Shown here one piece after another: positions 1 through 9,713 of a stretch of DNA of 64,000 nucleotides. The translations under genes and the position numbers were made by a program. The first letter of the stretch is position 1. Every line of letters starts with the position of its first letter. This DNA is from Minisyncoccota bacterium (lineage in GTDB: Bacteria; Patescibacteriota; Minisyncoccia; Phycocordibacterales; UBA5272). Location of the stretch: contig JBAZJW010000001.1 in NCBI GenBank assembly GCA_041651055.1, forward strand, positions 84,737 to 148,736, written 5' to 3'. The notes below the pieces were generated by a model. It was not told the DNA's origin. It did not search any database and saw nothing but the letters and a program-made list of their open reading frames with translations.

Positions 1-345
1 GAAGAAATTGCAACGGGGGCAGATACATTTATGGATTATGTGAATGAACAAGGGGGTGTCGATAAAGTTCTTCCTGACGATGCGATTTGGAAAATAAAAG
101 AAAAGGCGATGTTGGAATATAAGACATTGATGGATAACGCTGAAGCACTTCTCGTTTGTAATTTTGACAAGGGTGAAAAGAAAAATAGAATCGGGGATAA
201 TACATTTATGGAAATGGGATATATGTTTTTTACAGGAAAGAAAATATATGTGTTACAAGGCCCACCGTATGGTGATGATAAGATTGAAGAAGTCTTAGGA
301 ATGAGACCGACGTTTTTGAAAGGGGATTTAGGAAAGATGGAGTAA
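1..345 (+). CDS. 5'-truncated CDS continuing from upstream of the window. Nucleoside 2-deoxyribosyltransferase-like fold (DNTFMEMGYMFFTGKKIYVL catalytic-Glu-like motif).
   Basis: Open frame from nt 1 with no stop until 343-345. Motif resembles the deoxyribosyltransferase/LOG-like E-x-G-Y core. Followed by a hairpin terminator. Confidence 0.5.
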   Translation, partial: EEIATGADTFMDYVNEQGGVDKVLPDDAIWKIKEKAMLEYKTLMDNAEALLVCNFDKGEKKNRIGDNTFMEMGYMFFTGKKIYVLQGPPYGDDKIEEVLGMRPTFLKGDLGKME

Positions 346-349
346 TAAA

Positions 350-376
350 AAAGGCCACCTGAAAAGGTGGCTTTTG
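350..376 (+). terminator. Rho-independent terminator GGCCACCT-gaaa-AGGTGGC followed by TTTT
   Basis: Perfect 8-bp GC-rich stem, 4-nt loop and T-run, directly after the stop at 345. Confidence 0.7.
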
Positions 377-394
377 CTGTGCTGGAGTTGAATG

Positions 395-850
395 TTATGC
401 GCTGCTTGGTTCACGGGCTACTTTTTGCTCGTAGTAGTGCAACGCTATCTCACCCTTGATGAGATGCGCGGCGATTATGCCTTCAATGATAATCCCAGAT
501 AGCATCAGGTTCATGAAAGCGAGGATAATGCCGAAAGCATGTGCAGCGAGGAAGGAAAAGATAACCCGACCTATTTCGTTTGTTCCAAACGATTTCGACA
601 TGGCTTCGTTTCCAAACAGAATGAGGAGGAGGCCAAATGCCATCGAATACAGCATGACGTCCCCGTAGGTGTTCCAGTTGCATTCGGCGTCGGAACGGAA
701 CCGCTCCACCTCAAAGTCTGATGATTTTGTAATACGCAGACCCTCTCCCGTGCCAACGACGGCGCTCAGAAAGAAAAACCCTCCGATCAAAACCAGAATG
801 AACCAGTCGATGCCGCGCAGGGCGTGAAAGACGTTTGTGAGAAAGTCCAT
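395..850 (-). CDS. Hypothetical multi-pass membrane protein (about 151 aa starting at MDFLTNVF)
   Basis: Hydrophobic segments throughout. Internal ATG at 850 is preceded by GGAGA, whereas the longer ORF start at 943 lacks a ribosome-binding site. The NTYGDV stretch only weakly resembles a K+ channel filter. Confidence 0.6.
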   Translation of the reverse strand: MDFLTNVFHALRGIDWFILVLIGGFFFLSAVVGTGEGLRITKSSDFEVERFRSDAECNWNTYGDVMLYSMAFGLLLILFGNEAMSKSFGTNEIGRVIFSFLAAHAFGIILAFMNLMLSGIIIEGIIAAHLIKGEIALHYYEQKVAREPSSA

Positions 851-1030
851 GGAAGTCTCCTTGAAAAGGTTGTGGCGGAATTGCCAAAGAGCAGTGGTTG
901 CTATTCTGCAATAAATAGTGCCGAATGTCAACTTGACTCTCATTCTATAATTTGAGATTGTAGATATATCCCGTCACTACCGACTGTCCACCATACCTGA
1001 AAGGAAGAACTCTGCTAAACTGTAAATGTA

Positions 1031-1056
1031 TTAGTTATTAGTTATTAGTTATTAGT
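1031..1056. repeat. Tandem TTAGTTAT octamer repeats upstream of clpB, followed by a GACTATCG/TCTATCGAC direct-repeat tract (1063-1102)
   Basis: ttagttattagttattagttattag read directly, then gactctagactatcgtctatcgactatctcac immediately before the clpB ATG. Confidence 0.8.
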
Positions 1057-1104
1057 ATTTGTATTTTCTATTGACTCTAGACTATCGTCTATCGACTATC
1101 TCAC

Positions 1105-3804
1105 ATGCCTCCATCATTTAACAATTTCACAACCAAAGCCAAAGAAGTCATTCGCCGAGCGCATGAACTTGCTATCGAACGAGGACAAAACCAAGTAAGC
1201 CCACTTCATTTGATGGGTGCACTTTTGACGCAAGAAGAATCTCTTGTACACGCCATTTTGGAACGTCTCGACGTGGACATCGTACATCTCACTGATAGTA
1301 TTGTGGATGCTATCGAGGTGCCTGGCGCGTCAGCTACGATGAGTCCGTCATACCAGATGTACCTCACACCTGAGCTCGCAGCGACACTCGAAGCATCACT
1401 CAAAATAGCACAATCTCTTGGGGATGAATTCGTCTCCACTGAGCATCTCTTCTTGGCACTCCTTGAATCAATGGGCCAAGTTCGTGAATTGCTCGCGCGT
1501 TTCCGTATCGACAAAGATACGGCATATCATATATTAGAAGAACTTCGTGCTCAGAATATTACCGAAGCACAAGGTCCAAAGAAAAATAAGGCACTCGCAA
1601 AGTACACACGTAATTTCACCGACCTTGCTCGCGCCGATAAGCTCGACCCAGTCATTGGTCGTGACACAGAAATCATGCGCCTCATGCAAATTCTTTCTCG
1701 TCGCACCAAGAATAATCCAATTTTGATCGGAGAGGCTGGTGTAGGAAAGACTGCTGTCGTGGAAGGTCTCGCCATTCGTATGGCAAAGGGTGATGTTCCA
1801 GAAAGTTTGAAAGGAAAAGAACTTGTATCGCTTGATCTTGGAACACTTATTGCAGGAACAAAGTTCCGTGGAGAATTCGAAGAGCGTTTGAAAACCATTA
1901 TGAAAGAAATTGAACGCTCAGAAGGTGGTATCATTCTTTTCATTGATGAAATACACACCATCGTAGGAGCCGGAGCTACAGAAGGTTCAGCAGATGCTGC
2001 GAATTTGCTTAAGCCAGCTCTTTCACGTGGTGAACTTCGCGCTATCGGTGCGACGACACTCAAGGAATACCAGAAGCATATTGAAAAAGATCCAGCGCTT
2101 GCTCGTCGTTTTCAGCCGGTATTCGTTGAAGAGCCAAATGAAGTAGATGCACTCGCTATCTTGCGAGGCCTCAAAGAAAAGTATGAACTTTTCCATGGTG
2201 TGCGTATCACTGATGACGCACTTGTAGCATCAGTGAATCTCTCGACACGATACATTACGTCTCGTTTTCTTCCAGACAAGGCTATTGACCTCATCGATGA
2301 GGCGGCATCATCACTTCGTATTGCACTTGAGAATAAGCCTCCCGTGCTCGATGAAGCACATCGCAAAATCATGCGTTTAGAAATTGAAAAAGAAGCGCTT
2401 ACCAAAGAACTCGTCGCACACGCAGACGGCGACCTTTCCTCTACCAAGAAACGCATTAATGCTATCGATGAAGAAATTGCAAATGTGAAAGAAAAGACGC
2501 ACGAACTCGAAATCAAGTGGAAAAACGAAAAGAAAACGCTTGGAGAAATCGGTGAAATTAAAAAGTCACTCGAATCACTTCGTACAGAATCCGAAAATGC
2601 AGAAATGCGTGCAGACCTCACGCGTGTGGCAGAGATCCGTTATGGACAGATTCCAGAACTTACTCGTGAACTGAATGATCGTTTTGAAAAGCTAAAGAAA
2701 CTTCAAAAGACGCGCAGAATTCTTCGTGAAGAAGTAACCGAAGAAGATATTGCATCTGTCGTCGCTCGCTGGACAGGTATTCCTGTGGTGCGCATGCTCG
2801 AAGAAGAAGAGGATAAGCTCTCTCGTATGGAAGATGTGCTCGGCAAGCGTGTTATTGGTCAACGTGATGCTATTCTAAAGATAAGTGGTGCAGTGAGACG
2901 CTCACGTGCAGGTATCAATGACCCATCTCGTCCGATCGGTTCATTTATGTTCCTCGGTCCAACAGGTGTGGGAAAGACAGAGCTCACCAAGGCTCTTGCG
3001 GAATTTATGTTTAATGATGAAAAGGCTCTCATTAAGGTAGACATGAGTGAATACATGGAAAAGCACAGCACGAGTAAGTTGATCGGTTCGCCTCCAGGAT
3101 ATGTTGGGTATGATGAATCAGGACAATTGACCGAAGCAGTGCGACATCGACCGTATGCGGTGATTCTTTTTGACGAAATTGAAAAGGCTCATCCAGAAGT
3201 GTTCAACCTGCTTCTCCAAGTTCTTGATGAAGGACGACTCACAGATAGTAAAGGGCGTGTTGTGAACTTCAAGAATACGATTATCGTCATGACGTCAAAC
3301 ATCGGTAGTCAGTACATTCAGAAGATGGAACAAATTGGTTTTGGTAATAATGAAACGAGTGGTGTGTACACACAAGTGAAAGAACGTGTGATGGAAGCGC
3401 TCAAAGATTTCTTCAAACCAGAATTCTTGAACCGTCTCGACGAAACCATGATATTCGACGTGCTTACGAAGGAGGAAATAAAACAAATTGTTTCACTTCA
3501 AGTGAAGTCTCTTGCGACACGACTTCTCGAAAAGGAAATTGTGCTTGAGGTGACTGATGAAGCGATTGGTTATATCGCAGAAAAGTCATACGACCCACAC
3601 TACGGTGCGCGACCAATCAAGCGATTTATGCAAACGACTATTCTAAACTCTATCGCATCGCTCATGCTTTCAAAGAAAATTACAAAGGGAGGTATTGCAC
3701 ATGTATCGCTCAACAAAAAAGGTGACATAGAAGTGGAAGCACAAAAGCCACGAAAGATTCCGAGTCCGCTTACACAAAAGGACGTGATGGCGAAGAAGAA
3801 ATAA
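1105..3804 (+). CDS. clpB: ATP-dependent chaperone ClpB (Hsp100 disaggregase)
   Basis: 899 aa. Clp N-domain, two AAA+ modules (GEAGVGKTA and GPTGVGKTE Walker A motifs) and a long coiled-coil middle domain between NBD1 and NBD2, typical of ClpB. Confidence 0.95.
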   Translation: MPPSFNNFTTKAKEVIRRAHELAIERGQNQVSPLHLMGALLTQEESLVHAILERLDVDIVHLTDSIVDAIEVPGASATMSPSYQMYLTPELAATLEASLKIAQSLGDEFVSTEHLFLALLESMGQVRELLARFRIDKDTAYHILEELRAQNITEAQGPKKNKALAKYTRNFTDLARADKLDPVIGRDTEIMRLMQILSRRTKNNPILIGEAGVGKTAVVEGLAIRMAKGDVPESLKGKELVSLDLGTLIAGTKFRGEFEERLKTIMKEIERSEGGIILFIDEIHTIVGAGATEGSADAANLLKPALSRGELRAIGATTLKEYQKHIEKDPALARRFQPVFVEEPNEVDALAILRGLKEKYELFHGVRITDDALVASVNLSTRYITSRFLPDKAIDLIDEAASSLRIALENKPPVLDEAHRKIMRLEIEKEALTKELVAHADGDLSSTKKRINAIDEEIANVKEKTHELEIKWKNEKKTLGEIGEIKKSLESLRTESENAEMRADLTRVAEIRYGQIPELTRELNDRFEKLKKLQKTRRILREEVTEEDIASVVARWTGIPVVRMLEEEEDKLSRMEDVLGKRVIGQRDAILKISGAVRRSRAGINDPSRPIGSFMFLGPTGVGKTELTKALAEFMFNDEKALIKVDMSEYMEKHSTSKLIGSPPGYVGYDESGQLTEAVRHRPYAVILFDEIEKAHPEVFNLLLQVLDEGRLTDSKGRVVNFKNTIIVMTSNIGSQYIQKMEQIGFGNNETSGVYTQVKERVMEALKDFFKPEFLNRLDETMIFDVLTKEEIKQIVSLQVKSLATRLLEKEIVLEVTDEAIGYIAEKSYDPHYGARPIKRFMQTTILNSIASLMLSKKITKGGIAHVSLNKKGDIEVEAQKPRKIPSPLTQKDVMAKKK

Positions 3805-3805
3805 A

Positions 3806-3893
3806 GGGGGGCAGCTGGAAGCTAAAGGCTAGAAGCTGGAAGGGGTACGGAGAAAATACAAAGAGCGGCACCTACGGTGCCGCTCTTTGTATT
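3806..3893. repeat. REP-like palindromic element. Core AATACAAAGAGCGGCACC-tacg-GTGCCGCTCTTTGTATT at 3855-3893, with a 5' flank gggcagctggaagcta..agaagctgg also present at 27209.
   Basis: Perfect 17-bp inverted repeat. Same family at 4662, 12997, 18104 and 27209. Confidence 0.8.
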
Positions 3894-3911
3894 CGAGAAA
3901 TAGAGTAATAA

Positions 3912-3937
3912 AAATGGCACCCTAAGTGGGTGCCGTG
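3912..3937 (-). terminator. Hairpin GGCACCC-taagt-GGGTGCC with T-run on the minus strand. Candidate terminator of the 3962-4537 gene.
   Basis: 7-bp GC stem. On the minus strand it is followed by ATTTTTATT. Confidence 0.5.
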
Positions 3938-3961
3938 TGTGCTTGCAGGGCACGTGCGAGG

Positions 3962-4537
3962 TTATTCCTCGTCGTCAAACATGAAACATGCGTCTTTGAA
4001 AGGGTCACCTACGTCAGGGTAAAGTTTCTCCAGCTTGTCTGCGGCGGCGATCAACAGTGAGGCTTTTTCCGGAGAGATTTCCACACCAAGGAGTTTCAGC
4101 CAGTGAAGGAAGGAAGCGCCATCACTCATTTGCGACAAAAACATCGAATCAACAATCTCGCTGATGACTTTTTTGTCATTTGTGGAAGATGGACCTTGTT
4201 TGATGAGAATGTAATCATCGTCACAACAGAGAAGTTTATACTTTTCTGCGAGGTCTGTTTTTTCGCCTTTGAGAATCTCCACATCGGTCATGCCGGGGTG
4301 CCACTCTGGGAAAATATGACCATCCAGTGTTTCAGGGCCGCGGGACTCAGGTTCCCAATAAAGCGCCTTGGGGAAAGCTTTCACATGTTTTTCGCACCTG
4401 CAGATTTCTCCGAAGAGAACGCCATGGCCAAAGCTTGTTCTTCGGAGGACGAGAACCTCTCCGTATACTGAGCGCACGAGGTCGCCTGGTCCGAGGTTTG
4501 CAAAGGCGAGTCTTAGTTCTTCTATTGTGTGTGTCAT
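3962..4537 (-). CDS. Hypothetical protein (191 aa from MTHTIEEL)
   Basis: ATG at 4537 is preceded by GGAGTCAAAA. The upstream extension to 4636 has no ribosome-binding site. No recognisable domain. Confidence 0.55.
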   Translation of the reverse strand: MTHTIEELRLAFANLGPGDLVRSVYGEVLVLRRTSFGHGVLFGEICRCEKHVKAFPKALYWEPESRGPETLDGHIFPEWHPGMTDVEILKGEKTDLAEKYKLLCCDDDYILIKQGPSSTNDKKVISEIVDSMFLSQMSDGASFLHWLKLLGVEISPEKASLLIAAADKLEKLYPDVGDPFKDACFMFDDEE

Positions 4538-4661
4538 TTTTGACTCCAGTTGTGCGCTCGTTTGAGCGTGTGGTTGAGGAAGGAACGGGGGATTGTGTCC
4601 GTATAGTACACTACGATAGATGTTCGTATAAGTCAAAGTTTGGGAATGGGGGATTTTGTAG

Positions 4662-4718
4662 CAAAAAGCGGCACCTACGGCGACGCTCTTTGATTTACAT
4701 AGGTGTAACCTATGTAAA
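4662..4718. repeat. Degenerate REP-like copy (AAAAAGCGGCACCTACGGCGACGCTCTTTGAT) fused to hairpin TTTACATAGG-tgtaa-CCTATGTAAA
   Basis: Left arm and loop identical to the 3855 element. The second hairpin motif recurs at 13186-13212 (TTTACATAGGGCCACCCTATGTAAA). Confidence 0.7.
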
Positions 4719-4736
4719 AAGACTCTCTATCGACCA

Positions 4737-5591
4737 TCAGTCATCGACTACCGACCACCGACCATCTCTCCTTTTTTCTGCAAACGAAACTACATTCTCA
4801 AATAGATATGCAACCGTAAGTGGTCCGACTCCACCTGGTACAGGTGTGAACACGTTCGCAATAGCTGCACACCGTGGATCGCAGTCTCCCGCGAGCACAC
4901 CTGCTTGTTCACTTGTTCCCGCGTCAATAATCACGACACCAGGTTTGAAATCTTCTGGTGACAAAGTATGAGGTGCTCCACTTCCAGAAATGACAATGTC
5001 TGCATTCTGTAAAAGTTTCTTCCGTGTTTCTGTATCGGTATCAGCATCAATAATTTCTGGTGTGATCCCTTGATGCTTGAGCCAGACTGCAACAGGTGCA
5101 CCGACAAGCTTCCCGTGTCCGACAATAACGACATTTTTATTTTCGATATCAGTATATGTATCTTCTAAAATATGTGCAACAGCACCCACCACCGTCGGAA
5201 GAGGTGCGCCTGTTTCAATAAATGACGCATTCGCATCGCTGCTCAATACATCGACATCGAGTTCTTGTGGTACCGCATTAAGTACACGTAGAGCATCATA
5301 CGAAGAAGGGAGTGGTAGTTGAACAATGATGCCGTCATATTCATTACTCTTTGCGAGAGCTTGCACTACGTCAACGAGAGAAGATTCATCAGTTTCACTT
5401 TTGAAATTAAATTCTTTAATCGTGACACCGAGCGCTTCTGCATACTTTCTTTTAATTCTAATGAAGGAAACAATACTTGGATGTTCATCAACAGAAATAA
5501 TGGCGAGCACAGGGGCTCGTCCAAGGTTTGCAATCCTCTCCTTGAGAAGTATTTGCATAGTTTGTGATGCTTCTTTTCCGTTGTAGATCAT
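4737..5591 (-). CDS. folD: Bifunctional methylenetetrahydrofolate dehydrogenase/cyclohydrolase FolD
   Basis: N-terminal substrate-binding region and Rossmann GxGxxVG-like region (VVIVGHGKLVGAPVA) and conserved PVPGGVGPLT. Start chosen at MIYNGKEA (5591). The C-terminal tail RRDGRWSVVDD is encoded by the TCTATCGAC-type repeat. Confidence 0.9.
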   Translation of the reverse strand: MIYNGKEASQTMQILLKERIANLGRAPVLAIISVDEHPSIVSFIRIKRKYAEALGVTIKEFNFKSETDESSLVDVVQALAKSNEYDGIIVQLPLPSSYDALRVLNAVPQELDVDVLSSDANASFIETGAPLPTVVGAVAHILEDTYTDIENKNVVIVGHGKLVGAPVAVWLKHQGITPEIIDADTDTETRKKLLQNADIVISGSGAPHTLSPEDFKPGVVIIDAGTSEQAGVLAGDCDPRCAAIANVFTPVPGGVGPLTVAYLFENVVSFAEKRRDGRWSVVDD

Positions 5592-5712
5592 AATGATAGA
5601 TTTTATAGTATCAGAAATAAAGCTTATATGCACGGCATATATACTGTTTTTTGTTTTACACAGGTTGTAAATTAGGGTAAAAAAGTATAGAATACACAAG
5701 TGTTAAAAATAT

Positions 5713-5795
5713 GCGTCGGTGGTGGAGTGGTCAATCACAATAGACTGTAAATCTATCGGCTTCGGCCTTCGCTGGTTCAAATCCAGCCCGACGCA
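5713..5795 (+). tRNA. tRNA-Tyr (anticodon GUA), class II with a long variable arm
   Basis: Acceptor GCGTCGG/CCGACGC, D-arm GTGG..TCAC, anticodon stem ATAGA/TCTAT with loop CTGTAAA, variable arm CGGCTTCGGCCTTC, T-arm GCTGG-TTCAAAT-CCAGC, discriminator A. CCA is not encoded. Confidence 0.85.
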
Positions 5796-5806
5796 CAAAT
5801 ATAATA

Positions 5807-5838
5807 AAAGTCCTACATGTACCCATGTGGGACTTTTA
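5807..5838 (+). terminator. Hairpin AAAAGTCC-ACATGTACCCATGT-GGACTTTT after tRNA-Tyr
   Basis: Inverted repeat read directly and flanked by T-rich sequence. Confidence 0.55.
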
Positions 5839-5924
5839 TTATATTCTGTCTGTCATGGAAGCAAACAAAACTGTTTTGTTTGCGTCTGGATTTGTTGGGC
5901 GGAGCGTTATGAGGCTAACAAGCC

Positions 5925-6026
5925 GAATCGCGAGCGGCGGACTGCGAACTTTTTGAGCGGCGGCTGATTAGTAAATCATGTCGTGAGACTCAAAAAGATT
6001 TGTAGTCTAATCCAACCCGACGCACA
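5925..6026. repeat. tRNA-associated mini-insertion. Core GAGCGGCGG(x2)-CTGATTAGTAAATCATGTCGTGAG, ending in an 18-nt degenerate copy of the tRNA-Tyr 3' end (AATCCAaCCCGACGCACA).
   Basis: 17 of 18 identities to tRNA-Tyr nt 5778-5795. The core is homologous to 53171-53204 downstream of tRNA-Thr(GGU). Confidence 0.75.
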
Positions 6027-6091
6027 TTGAAAGAAAATACTCCTATTGTACGTATGTAGCATATATATCCTTTAACGACTATTATGCTTCC

Positions 6092-7732
6092 ATGCTAAAA
6101 ACTATACAATCTTACGGCGGAGTTCTTGTTTCTTTCTTGAAAAAGCACAAAAAATCCAGCATCAGTATTGGAATAGTCCTTGTTGCATATGGTATCTACA
6201 CCATTTTCTTTTTGCCCTCAACAACAACCACAACGACCATTACAGAGATAAAAGTCGCACAGAAATCTTTTTCTTTATCGGTAAGTGGGTCAGGTGCCAT
6301 CTCTCCAATTAATACGGTTACCTTAAAAGCTAAAGGGTCTGGTGATATTCGTTCTATACAAGTAAAAGCTGGCGATACAGTACGACAAGGTGCGAGACTT
6401 ATCTCATTGGATGCGACAACGGCGTATCAAAATCTTACAACTGCTCAAGTGAATCTTGAAACAGCTAAGCTCGATCTCGAAAAAATTAAAAAGCCGCCGA
6501 CAACACTCGAAGTTCTACAAATTCAAAATCAGATAGATACTGCGAAGCAGACTATCCTCGATCAGGACACTGCTGTGATAAACGCGTACACTTCACTTAT
6601 GAATGTTTCTTTTGAAGCAACACCAGAGTCACAGGCATCAGCTCAAACACCACCTACTATTACGGGAAGTTATTTAGGAAAAACAGAAGGACAGATAAAA
6701 ATTATTTCATATCTCTCAGGTGACGGACTCAGATTCACAGCGTCCGGTCTCGTTTCTATGGATGGCCTCGCAAGCACGCTCACCGCACAACCACTTGGTG
6801 ATACGGGTCTTTACATTAAGTTCGCATCGCTCGATGCACAGCCGAATTGGATTATTTTTATACCAAATAAAAAAGCATCGAGCTATCTTTCTGCATACAC
6901 TGCATATCAAAATGCACTTATTACCAAAGATAAAACAGTTGCCGCTCAAAACAGAACACTCGCCTTACTTGCGGAGCAAATGAAAACCTTGCAAGCCGGA
7001 GCAGACACACTCGATGTGCGAGCAAAAGAACTTGTCGTAGCACAGAGACAAAATGCGGTGAATGATGCAAGTACACAACTCGCGAATTATACTGTCGCGG
7101 CACCATTTGATGGTGTCATTGCAAGCATTACCGCAGAGATGGGGGATAGTGTCAGTCAGTCGACATCGCTTGGTACCATTATCACCAACAAAAAGATTGC
7201 TGAGATTTCTTTGAATGAAGCTGACATTGCGAAAGTCGCCGTTGGACAAAAAGTAAAACTCACCTTTGATGCGGTGAGCGGACTTTCTCTCGATGGAACG
7301 ATTGCAGAGATAGATACCTTGGGTACCACATCACAAGGAGTGGTGACCTACAAAGTAAAAATTGCATTCGATGATAAAGATGCGCGTATTAAGCCAGGTA
7401 TGACGGTCACGGCAGATATTACGTTAGAGAAAAAAGATGACGCGCTTGTTGTTCCGAATGAGGCGATTAAGACGTTAAAGGGTAAGAAATATGTAGAAGT
7501 AAAAACATCAACATCTGGAGCGCTCACAACGTCTCAAGTAGAAGTGACTGTGGGTATGGTAGGAGATACGCAATCTGAAATTACTTCTGGTGTCACTATG
7601 GGTGATGTCATTATTGTTCGAAGAAAGACAACAACGGCGTCGGCAACAAAAACCCCGACAGCGGCGTCATTGCTTGGTGGTAATGCGTCTGGGGCTGCGC
7701 GTCGTAATACTGGAGATCAGCCAGGTTTTTAA
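6092..7732 (+). CDS. HlyD/MacA-family periplasmic adaptor (membrane fusion protein) of an ABC efflux system
   Basis: N-terminal TM helix, biotinyl-lipoyl-like hairpin (KAGDTVRQGARLISLD), long coiled coil, beta-barrel/MP domains. Followed by an ABC ATPase and an FtsX permease. Confidence 0.85.
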   Translation: MLKTIQSYGGVLVSFLKKHKKSSISIGIVLVAYGIYTIFFLPSTTTTTTITEIKVAQKSFSLSVSGSGAISPINTVTLKAKGSGDIRSIQVKAGDTVRQGARLISLDATTAYQNLTTAQVNLETAKLDLEKIKKPPTTLEVLQIQNQIDTAKQTILDQDTAVINAYTSLMNVSFEATPESQASAQTPPTITGSYLGKTEGQIKIISYLSGDGLRFTASGLVSMDGLASTLTAQPLGDTGLYIKFASLDAQPNWIIFIPNKKASSYLSAYTAYQNALITKDKTVAAQNRTLALLAEQMKTLQAGADTLDVRAKELVVAQRQNAVNDASTQLANYTVAAPFDGVIASITAEMGDSVSQSTSLGTIITNKKIAEISLNEADIAKVAVGQKVKLTFDAVSGLSLDGTIAEIDTLGTTSQGVVTYKVKIAFDDKDARIKPGMTVTADITLEKKDDALVVPNEAIKTLKGKKYVEVKTSTSGALTTSQVEVTVGMVGDTQSEITSGVTMGDVIIVRRKTTTASATKTPTAASLLGGNASGAARRNTGDQPGF

Positions 7733-7735
7733 TCT

Positions 7736-8401
7736 ATGATTGTTTGTAAAAATCTAACGAAGTCATATACGAATGGAGACACGGTAACACCGGTACTTCA
7801 CAATGTTTCTTTCTCTATTGCAAAGGGTGAATTCGTAGCAATCATGGGACCATCTGGTTCAGGTAAGTCTACGATTATGAATATTTTAGGACTACTCGAC
7901 ACACCGACGTCAGGCACATATTTTCTTGATGGTAAAGATGTTTCATCATTAAGCGATGATGAACAAGCGACGATTCGTGCCAACAAAATTGGTTTCGTTT
8001 TTCAATCATTCAATCTTCTCCCGAGAACAACGGTGCTTCGCAATGTCGGATTGCCACTTATTTATACAGGACAAGATGCGAGAACGCGAGATGAAAAAGC
8101 AAGGCAAGCATTGCAGTCGGCAAGCTTTCCCGAAGAGCGATTTTCATACTTGTCGAATCAACTTTCTGGTGGACAAATTCAACGTGTCGCTATCGCACGC
8201 GCACTTGTGAATGATCCATCTATTATTCTTGCAGATGAGCCGACAGGAAATCTCGACACGAAGACTGGCGAAATGGTTATTGAAACATTTAAAAAACTTA
8301 ATAAGGAGCAAGGGCGTACGATTATTCTCATTACGCATGAGCAAGAAGTCGCCGCACATGCGGATAGGATTATTTTTGTACGAGATGGAAAAATTATGTA
8401 A
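7736..8401 (+). CDS. ABC transporter ATP-binding protein (MacB/LolD type)
   Basis: Walker A GPSGSGKST, signature [15 protein letters not shown], Walker [13 protein letters not shown]-loop ITHE. Confidence 0.92.
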   Translation: MIVCKNLTKSYTNGDTVTPVLHNVSFSIAKGEFVAIMGPSGSGKSTIMNILGLLDTPTSGTYFLDGKDVSSLSDDEQATIRANKIGFVFQSFNLLPRTTVLRNVGLPLIYTGQDARTRDEKARQALQSASFPEERFSYLSNQLSGGQIQRVAIARALVNDPSIILADEPTGNLDTKTGEMVIETFKKLNKEQGRTIILITHEQEVAAHADRIIFVRDGKIM

Positions 8402-8406
8402 CTACT

Positions 8407-9627
8407 ATGCGATTTAAAGATATTCTTGATGAAACAGTAGCCGCCCTCGCCGCGAACAAAACGCGATCATTCCTTACCGTGCTCGGTATTATGATTGGTA
8501 TTGCTTCTGTTATTGTGGTTATGGCTGTAGGAGCGGGTGCACAGAGCAGTATTACTTCCCGTATTTCTTCTTTAGGGACGAATCTCCTCACCATATCTCC
8601 CGGAGGACAGTCACGAGTAAACGGTGTGACTATCGCCCGTGGTAGCGGAACGACGCTTACCAAAGAAGACGCGAGTGCTCTTCTGCTTGAAACGGATTTA
8701 ATAGCAGCTGTCTCTCCACAAGTTTCCACACGAACGCAAGTTATCGCACAAACAAATAATACGAATACGACGATATACGGTGTCTCGACATCGTATATGT
8801 CGGTAACATCGCTTGAATTAGAGCAAGGGACATTTTTGGAAGATGCTGAGAATTCAAAGTATGCGAAAGTGGTAGTGCTAGGGCCGACGACACGTGATGA
8901 CCTGTTCAGCACCGGCGCTGATGTCATTGGGCAGACTGTGCGCATTAATAATGTACGCTTCACCGTGATCGGTGTGACGGTAGCAAAAGGCGGAACAGGT
9001 TTCGGGAGTACAGATGATCGTGTGTATATGCCAATTGATACCGCGCAACAATACATAACGGGAAGTAAATCTCTCTCATCTATTTCGGTTTCGGTGACCA
9101 GTGCGGATAAAATGACAGACGCACAAACGAGAATCACTGATATTCTTCTCAAACGTCACAAAATAACAGATCCAACCAAAGCTGACTTTTCTATTTTGAA
9201 TCAAGCAGATTTGGCCGCGACCGCGACGTCCATTACACAAACAATTACATTGCTCTTGGGTTCTGTCGCAGGTATTTCACTTGTTGTTGGAGGAATCGGC
9301 ATCATGAATATGATGCTTACAACCGTACGAGAGCGTACACGAGAGATTGGATTGCGAAAGGCGATAGGTGCCAAGAAAAAAGATATTTCATTTCAGTTTT
9401 TGGCTGAGGCGATTGCGCTTACTATTTTTGGTGGTGTTATTGGTATTATTTTTGGCTACCTTGTGGCCATGGCTTTTAATTTAACCGGAATTATTACGAC
9501 CACCGTTACCCTTAAGCCTATTGTTGTAGCCTTCTCTACTTCTGCTTTCATTGGTATTGTTTTCGGATACTATCCAGCAAAGAAAGCTTCAGAGTTAAAC
9601 CCAATCGAAGCCCTTCGCTACGAATAG
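8407..9627 (+). CDS. ABC transporter permease, FtsX/MacB-like with large periplasmic domain
   Basis: N-terminal TM, MacB_PCD-like periplasmic region, C-terminal FtsX 3-TM bundle (GIMNMMLTTVRERTREIGLRKAIGAKKKDI). Confidence 0.9.
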   Translation: MRFKDILDETVAALAANKTRSFLTVLGIMIGIASVIVVMAVGAGAQSSITSRISSLGTNLLTISPGGQSRVNGVTIARGSGTTLTKEDASALLLETDLIAAVSPQVSTRTQVIAQTNNTNTTIYGVSTSYMSVTSLELEQGTFLEDAENSKYAKVVVLGPTTRDDLFSTGADVIGQTVRINNVRFTVIGVTVAKGGTGFGSTDDRVYMPIDTAQQYITGSKSLSSISVSVTSADKMTDAQTRITDILLKRHKITDPTKADFSILNQADLAATATSITQTITLLLGSVAGISLVVGGIGIMNMMLTTVRERTREIGLRKAIGAKKKDISFQFLAEAIALTIFGGVIGIIFGYLVAMAFNLTGIITTTVTLKPIVVAFSTSAFIGIVFGYYPAKKASELNPIEALRYE

Positions 9628-9638
9628 TAAAAGGGAAG

Positions 9639-9705
9639 TAATTAGTTATTGGTTATTAGTTATTGGTTTGGTATATACTAATAACTAATAACCAGTAACT
9701 ACCAA
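9639..9705. repeat. Imperfect palindrome of ATTAGTTATTGGTTATTAG-type arms centred on TATATA, immediately upstream of the HIT gene
   Basis: Left arm taattagttattggttattagttattgg is approximately the reverse complement of the right arm ctaataactaataaccagtaactacc. Same family as 29818-29933. Confidence 0.75.
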
Positions 9706-9713
9706 CCGTCCCC

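Noticed and set aside
395-943. Annotation of the membrane protein as a K+ channel from an NTYGDV stretch
   Set aside because: The motif does not match the TVGYGD selectivity filter in context, and no pore-helix signature is present. Kept as a hypothetical membrane protein.
4327-4971. 214-aa plus-strand ORF
   Set aside because: It is antisense to and overlaps the 3962-4537 gene and folD. It has low-complexity Arg/Leu-rich composition typical of antisense frames.
5719-5967. 82-aa ORF
   Set aside because: Overlaps tRNA-Tyr and its terminator.
8394-9152. 252-aa minus-strand ORF
   Set aside because: Entirely antisense within the FtsX-like permease gene, which has clear homology.
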